Notes under the pieces: generated by a model
What the model was told of the DNA's origin: nothing
Seen by the model: only the letters and a program-made list of their open reading frames with translations
Databases searched by the model: none
In this document: positions 59,220 to 64,000 of the stretch, piece after piece
How the letters are laid out: each line of letters opens with the position of its first letter
Position numbering within the stretch: position 1 is the stretch's first letter
Assembly (NCBI GenBank): GCA_963666425.2
Contig: OY762825.2
Coordinates: forward strand, 448,001-512,000
DNA from: Bacillota bacterium
GTDB taxonomy: Bacteria; Bacillota; JAAYKD01
Direction of reading: 5' to 3'
Length of the DNA stretch: 64,000 bases
Program-made: the position numbers and the translations under genes

Positions 59220-59446
59220 ACCGCTCTACCATTCTTAGCAACTAATTCTGCTATTGCTTTTATGTTATAGAAATTCTCCGGAACTATATCGAGCGCATCG
59301 ATACGAATGTTGAATTTTTCCTCCAACTCTGTAATAAGGGTGATGCGATCAAATGAATCTAAAAGCCCGTCTTCAATAAAATTGTCAGAATTATGATAAT
59401 CGAATTCTGGTCTCAATCCATTTAAAATCTCGTAAATCTCCTCCAT
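59216..59446 (-). CDS. Acyl/aminoacyl carrier protein
   Basis: FIEDGLLDSFD (phosphopantetheine Ser) and IVPENF; acidic, 76 aa. Confidence 0.88.
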   Translation of the reverse strand: MEEIYEILNGLRPEFDYHNSDNFIEDGLLDSFDRITLITELEEKFNIRIDALDIVPENFYNIKAIAELVAKNGRAV

Positions 59447-59462
59447 AAATAATCTCCTCCCT

Positions 59463-60270
59463 TTACGCGTAAATAAGAACTTTAGTCTTTAATCCGTCAA
59501 ATCTGAAACCATACTTTTCGTAAATATGAATTGCCGCCGTGTTTTTGTCCTCAAACCACACGGTAAAACTCCTGCATTCTTGATAGTGTTTAAGCGCATA
59601 CAGCAATAGCGTTGAACCAATCTTATTGCCTTGATATTTCTTATCAACAGCAACTTGGTAGATATATATACTTGCTGCACTTGTCCTCTCTAATAATACT
59701 ACTGCTGCTATTTCTTTATTAACCCTGTATGTGTATACAAGATTCCGCATTATTAGTTGGCTCAAATAGTCGTCATTCGGCAAATGCGAAACATACTTAT
59801 TAAAACTTAATGAAAGTAATTTCTGAACCTGCTCTACATCTCCCGGTGTAGCATTGCAACAATCCTTTCAACAACTCTCCGGTTAATGGCAACGCGCTTA
59901 TTTTCAAGGCACTCATTCTGCTTAAACAGGTATAATCAACAAAGCCAGAATTACACAATGAATCAGAAAATCATATTCACTGGTTTATCTTTGCCAATGC
60001 ATTCTGTGATTAATGGACGCTTCATTACTTCATCTAATAAGTTTCTTAGTGATTCTGTGCAACTAATTGATTTCATAAAAAAAATACAAGCGCCACACGC
60101 TATTATCATTTACAAACAATGCCTCCGTATCTGAATTAGAAACATAAGTAGAGTTGTAAGAATTCGCCAATTGTTTGCAAGGATGATAATGGCAAATAGT
60201 TATTTGACACATAATCTTTATTACTTCTAATATTATTGACTCCTGAAAAATATGCGTTTATATCAAACAT
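59463..60270 (-). pseudogene. GNAT family acyltransferase, frameshifted
   Basis: C-terminal VAVDKKYQGNKIG...NTAAIHIYEKYGF; probable ATG at 60270 coupled (TAATG) to the upstream gene. Confidence 0.65.
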
Positions 60271-61793
60271 TATTTTGTCATTTCCTTTAACTTAAGTCGG
60301 TCTATCTTTCCATTTTTGGTTCCTAGGCATCTCATCAACACGATGATATACAGTCGGAATCATGTATTTAGGCAATACACTACCGATTGCTTTCCTCATA
60401 TCAGCAAACAAATAAATCTTCGAGAGCTTCGTAGCAAAGTATAATTTCCTTTTTATCATGATCATAAATAACACAACCGTTTTTTCCACGATTCCTAATG
60501 TATTTATGATTACATGTTCAATTTCTGTCAGTTCTATTCTGTATCCGGAATGCTTTAAAAGAGTATCTTTCCTACCACGAAACATGATTTCTCCACGTTC
60601 ATTAACTAACGCGATATCTCCTGTTCGATAAATAATTTCAGGATATGAAGCATTCAATGGGTTTTGCACAAAAACTGCGCCTGTTTTCTCAGGGTTATTA
60701 TAATAACCCATTGCCAACGATGTACCTCTTACGCACAATTCACCTTCTTCTCCTGTTGCAGCAAGCTGATTATTGTCGTTTAAAATCAAAACATCGGTAT
60801 TTTTTGCATGCCCGCCCAATAGGAATGGGCTCATCATCTGATAATTCACGATCCACGATATAGTAGGTACAATCTAGAGTGATCTCTATTGGCCCATATA
60901 GGTTTACAAATATTGCTTGTGGCAATGCTCTCCACCAAATATTAAACTGTTTTTGTTTGGAATACCTCACCAGCAAACCAAACCATATGAAGATGCGGCA
61001 ATGGAATCCTACCAAGTAAACCCATGTTCGCAATATTGGTCATAATAGTCGGAACCCAAAAAATGAAGGACACCTCATGCTCACTCATCATTTGCAGAAT
61101 CCGTGCAGGAAAGGCAGCCAAACTTTCTTGAATGAGTACCATCGTTGCACCTTTGGCCATCATCAAGCATAACTCATAGCTATAAATGTCAAAAACAACC
61201 GGCGAAAGGCACCCTATTATTTCATGATCTTTTAAATCAATGGTTTCCAAAGACCATTCCGTAAAATCGATGAAACTCCTGTGATTCAAAACAACTCCTT
61301 TGGGTATCCCGGTTGAACCTGATGTGTTAATAATGCAAAGTGGATCCGTGTCAATAACCGATAGTAGCTTTTCATACTGTGTTTCATAACAATAATTCAA
61401 ATCAGTCTTACTAAGATTAATGATCTTCCCACGCGGCCAGATACCTTCAACACGCGAAATATCCGAATCATTTGTAATGATGAGTTCTGGTTTGATCAAG
61501 TCAAGGATAGCCTTAATTCTTGTATCCGGTGTCTTGATATCGAGGTTCATGTACGCATTTCCGCTCTTTATGATTGCTATATCAGAAATAACGGATTCAG
61601 CACATTTTGGTAGAAAGACCGCAATAGGTTTCCGAATAACACCATCTACTGCAGTTTCAATGTGTTCTAGTAAAGCATTCGACATTTTATTGACTTTGTC
61701 AAAAGTAAACTTCCGTTCTTTATCAATAACTGCAAACCTTAAAGGTTCTCTATTCAGCATTTCAAAGAAATACTCTAATAAGTTGATACGCAT
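60270..61793 (-). pseudogene. Amino acid adenylation (AMP-binding, DltA-like) enzyme, split by frameshifts
   Basis: NTSGSTGIPKGV, FAGE, NLYGPIE, YRTGD and GRKD..LK.SGYRIEL.EIE across three frames. Confidence 0.82.
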
Positions 61794-61813
61794 ACTCTTC
61801 GTCTCCCATAGTT

Positions 61814-62872
61814 TCATCCTATATAAGCATTTTTAAAATAATCATCGGTTGCGATAATTGGAAGGATGTCTGCCTTATCCATGGAAAAATCAGTTACACC
61901 CCATGAAAGACCAATACCAAATCCGGCTGAAATGAAGCTTATTTTCTGTGGACAATTCTCTCTCTCAGCTAAATCTGCAATTGTTAATGGGATGCTGACA
62001 CTGCTTGTATTACCATAGCGATCCATTGAAATGGGCATCTTTTCAGATGCAAGTTTGATTTTTTTTCTTATATGTTCAAGCATGAATAAGTTAGCTTGAT
62101 GGAAAACGCAATAATCGTAATTATCAATTGTTCCACCAAAGATTTTGAAGAATTCCTTGAAAGCACGCGGAACTTGAATAATTGCAAACTCAAAAACAGC
62201 GCTTCCATCCATGATAGACTTAATACGATTCAGGTCAAAATGATCAATATCTACTTTAACCCGTGAATTTAACCCTGGTGTAAGAAGTGCTTGGTAACCA
62301 TTTCCATCTGCTTTCAGTAATGTGTGTATTGTGTCATCTCCTGCTTCAATTATTGTCGCAGAACCAGCATCCCCAAATAAAACAGAATTAGAGTGATCAG
62401 CATTATCAGTCAAATATGGAATTAGCGCATCGGCGCAGCAGAAAAGGACCCGGTGTACCAAACCTGCAACTATCATAGATGCAACTACACTCACTCCGTA
62501 TACAAATCCGGAACAACCTAGGTTAATATCAAAAGCCATACAGTCAACATTTAATCCCAATCGCTTCTGCAGGATATGCGCCGTCGCAGGAGTAGAATAG
62601 TCTGGGTGTTGCGTTACTAATACGATGCCATCAAAAGTATCTTTGGAATATCCTTTGTGGGCAATTAATTTCTCGGCTGCAACATAACAAAGGTCTGAGC
62701 AAGTTTGTTGGTCAGACAAAACATGGCGTTCTTTTACACCAGTTGTGCTTATAAACTTTTCAATACTCTCTCTAGTTAATTCATCTGAGGAATCATATAT
62801 ACTATCCACATGAGTTGGAACCGCGCATGCAAGACCTGTTATCTTGATTCCTTGAAATTCTGATGAAGCCAT
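61814..62872 (-). CDS. FabH-like ketoacyl-ACP synthase III
   Basis: DINLGCSGF, LFGDAGSA, FHQAN, YGNTSSVSIP and GFGIGLSW. Confidence 0.9.
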   Translation of the reverse strand: MASSEFQGIKITGLACAVPTHVDSIYDSSDELTRESIEKFISTTGVKERHVLSDQQTCSDLCYVAAEKLIAHKGYSKDTFDGIVLVTQHPDYSTPATAHILQKRLGLNVDCMAFDINLGCSGFVYGVSVVASMIVAGLVHRVLFCCADALIPYLTDNADHSNSVLFGDAGSATIIEAGDDTIHTLLKADGNGYQALLTPGLNSRVKVDIDHFDLNRIKSIMDGSAVFEFAIIQVPRAFKEFFKIFGGTIDNYDYCVFHQANLFMLEHIRKKIKLASEKMPISMDRYGNTSSVSIPLTIADLAERENCPQKISFISAGFGIGLSWGVTDFSMDKADILPIIATDDYFKNAYIG

Positions 62873-62893
62873 AGTTCTTTCCCTCCTTGAGTA

Positions 62894-63643
62894 TCACAAT
62901 CCGGCATAAACCTGTAGCACTGAACCTGTAATATATTTAGAAGCTTCACTTAGTAAAAAAGCTATCGAATATGCTGCACTATCCAAATCGATTAAGCCAA
63001 GATATTGTTTCTGCAACAATACATCCATATTTCCACCACAATCATCAAAATTATCATGCCATGTAGGTGTATCTACATTCGCAAAAGCAACATTATTAAT
63101 ACGTATCTTTTGCTCTTTCAATTCTAGTGCTGCTACTTTAATAAACCCATTCATCGATGCTTTTGCAGCAGCGTATCCACACTGCAATAGTGCTCCATTA
63201 TCAACTGCTGCAGATGAGATACCCACTATAGAAGCATTGCCATTTAACCTCTTTTTTTGTGATAAACAACGCACCAATTCGAAGAAAGCAAAAGAATGAA
63301 TGTTAAATATCTTCTGTATAAACTCAGGTTTGCTTGCTTTTAAACTACGGCCTTGCATAATTCCGGCTGCATGGCAAAAACCATCCACCGCACCACGCTG
63401 CAGTATTATTTTATTAATCAATTCTTCTATCTGTTCTGTCTCATTTAAGTCGGCTGTATAAAATTCATGACAACCGAGATTGTCCAGCTTACTTAACGTT
63501 TCCTTAAGTTTCTCCTCGTTCCGCGCAATTATTGTTACATTCGCTCCTAATTGACTCACTATAATTGCACATTGCCTCCCGATCCCGGAGGAAGCTCCAG
63601 TAATAAGAATGTGCTTATTTAATAAATTCATTGGATTAATCAT
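62894..63643 (-). CDS. SDR family oxidoreductase (FabG-like)
   Basis: ITGASSGIG, YAAAK and YITG. Confidence 0.88.
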   Translation of the reverse strand: MINPMNLLNKHILITGASSGIGRQCAIIVSQLGANVTIIARNEEKLKETLSKLDNLGCHEFYTADLNETEQIEELINKIILQRGAVDGFCHAAGIMQGRSLKASKPEFIQKIFNIHSFAFFELVRCLSQKKRLNGNASIVGISSAAVDNGALLQCGYAAAKASMNGFIKVAALELKEQKIRINNVAFANVDTPTWHDNFDDCGGNMDVLLQKQYLGLIDLDSAAYSIAFLLSEASKYITGSVLQVYAGL

Positions 63644-63656
63644 TATAGTAGCCTCA

Positions 63657-64000
63657 TTAACAATGCGTTATTCGCTCACCATTTTTTCCAAACATATACT
63701 CATGTGTGAGATCTCTCTCAGTATACGGCAAAACAAAAGTATTAGGATTATTATCTATTCTCGTAACAACCTCACAATAGATGCTTTTTTCAGAAGCACA
63801 TGCAACTTCCAAATTGCCAAGTTTCGCTACATTAAGAATCCCATCCTGCATAAGGTCTCGTTTCAGCTCCGCAAAATTCTTTAATGTTACTCCACCGCAT
63901 TGAGTATTGATAGAATGTACATGTTCAAATCGGTTCCCATCATAATCTATTATATAACCTGAAAACGATTGATCATATCGATAAGGAACCTTCAGCACTT
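63657..64000 (-). CDS. Hypothetical protein, 3' end only
   Basis: Open frame to the window edge, co-oriented with the operon. Confidence 0.5.
   Translation of the reverse strand, partial: VLKVPYRYDQSFSGYIIDYDGNRFEHVHSINTQCGGVTLKNFAELKRDLMQDGILNVAKLGNLEVACASEKSIYCEVVTRIDNNPNTFVLPYTERDLTHEYMFGKNGERITHC

Overview
A 64 kb window from what looks like a Bacillota (Firmicutes) anaerobe, judged from the SLH proteins, the T-box and sigma-A promoters. 1-7.6 kb: a T-box riboswitch with a His (CAC) specifier controls an amino-acid ABC transporter plus an AbgB-like M20 amidohydrolase, followed by a MalT-like LuxR regulator locus. 7.9-16.6 kb: a run of unrelated co-oriented accessory genes (GNAT, two AraC/GyrI regulators, Fe-S protein, EEP hydrolase, radical SAM, APH-like kinase, PhzF, CDP-alcohol transferase) punctuated by a 29-bp palindromic element (A). 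16.7-20.1 kb: a dinB / XRE / ImmA-IrrE / small partner / SRAP damage-response cassette with a visible shared operator. 20.1-36.1 kb: large strand-asymmetric mosaic repeat modules built from a GTAG-type REP (B, 11 copies), a covarying hairpin (C, 6 copies) and element A (16 copies window-wide). These modules separate single genes: a 3383-aa SLH/Ig-repeat surface protein and two AAA_14/DUF4143 ATPases, the latter each with its own promoter. 36-41.7 kb: MerR, a GGDEF protein, IS21/IS66 debris, VanZ and a candidate sRNA. 41.7-48.7 kb: four successive 3' remnants of a wecB-family gene bracket a dGTPase, a YjzC protein, a DUF2188 + TIR/NDT-like pair and an HTH-fused ugd. 48.7-64 kb: an AT-rich Wzx/Wzy polysaccharide locus carrying a FabH/FabG/ACP/adenylation-enzyme acylation module, with many frameshifts that may be assembly errors. 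The most unusual signals are the REP-mosaic-bounded single-gene cassette architecture and the wecB-anchored stack of defence-like cassettes. No CRISPR array, tRNA or rRNA was seen.
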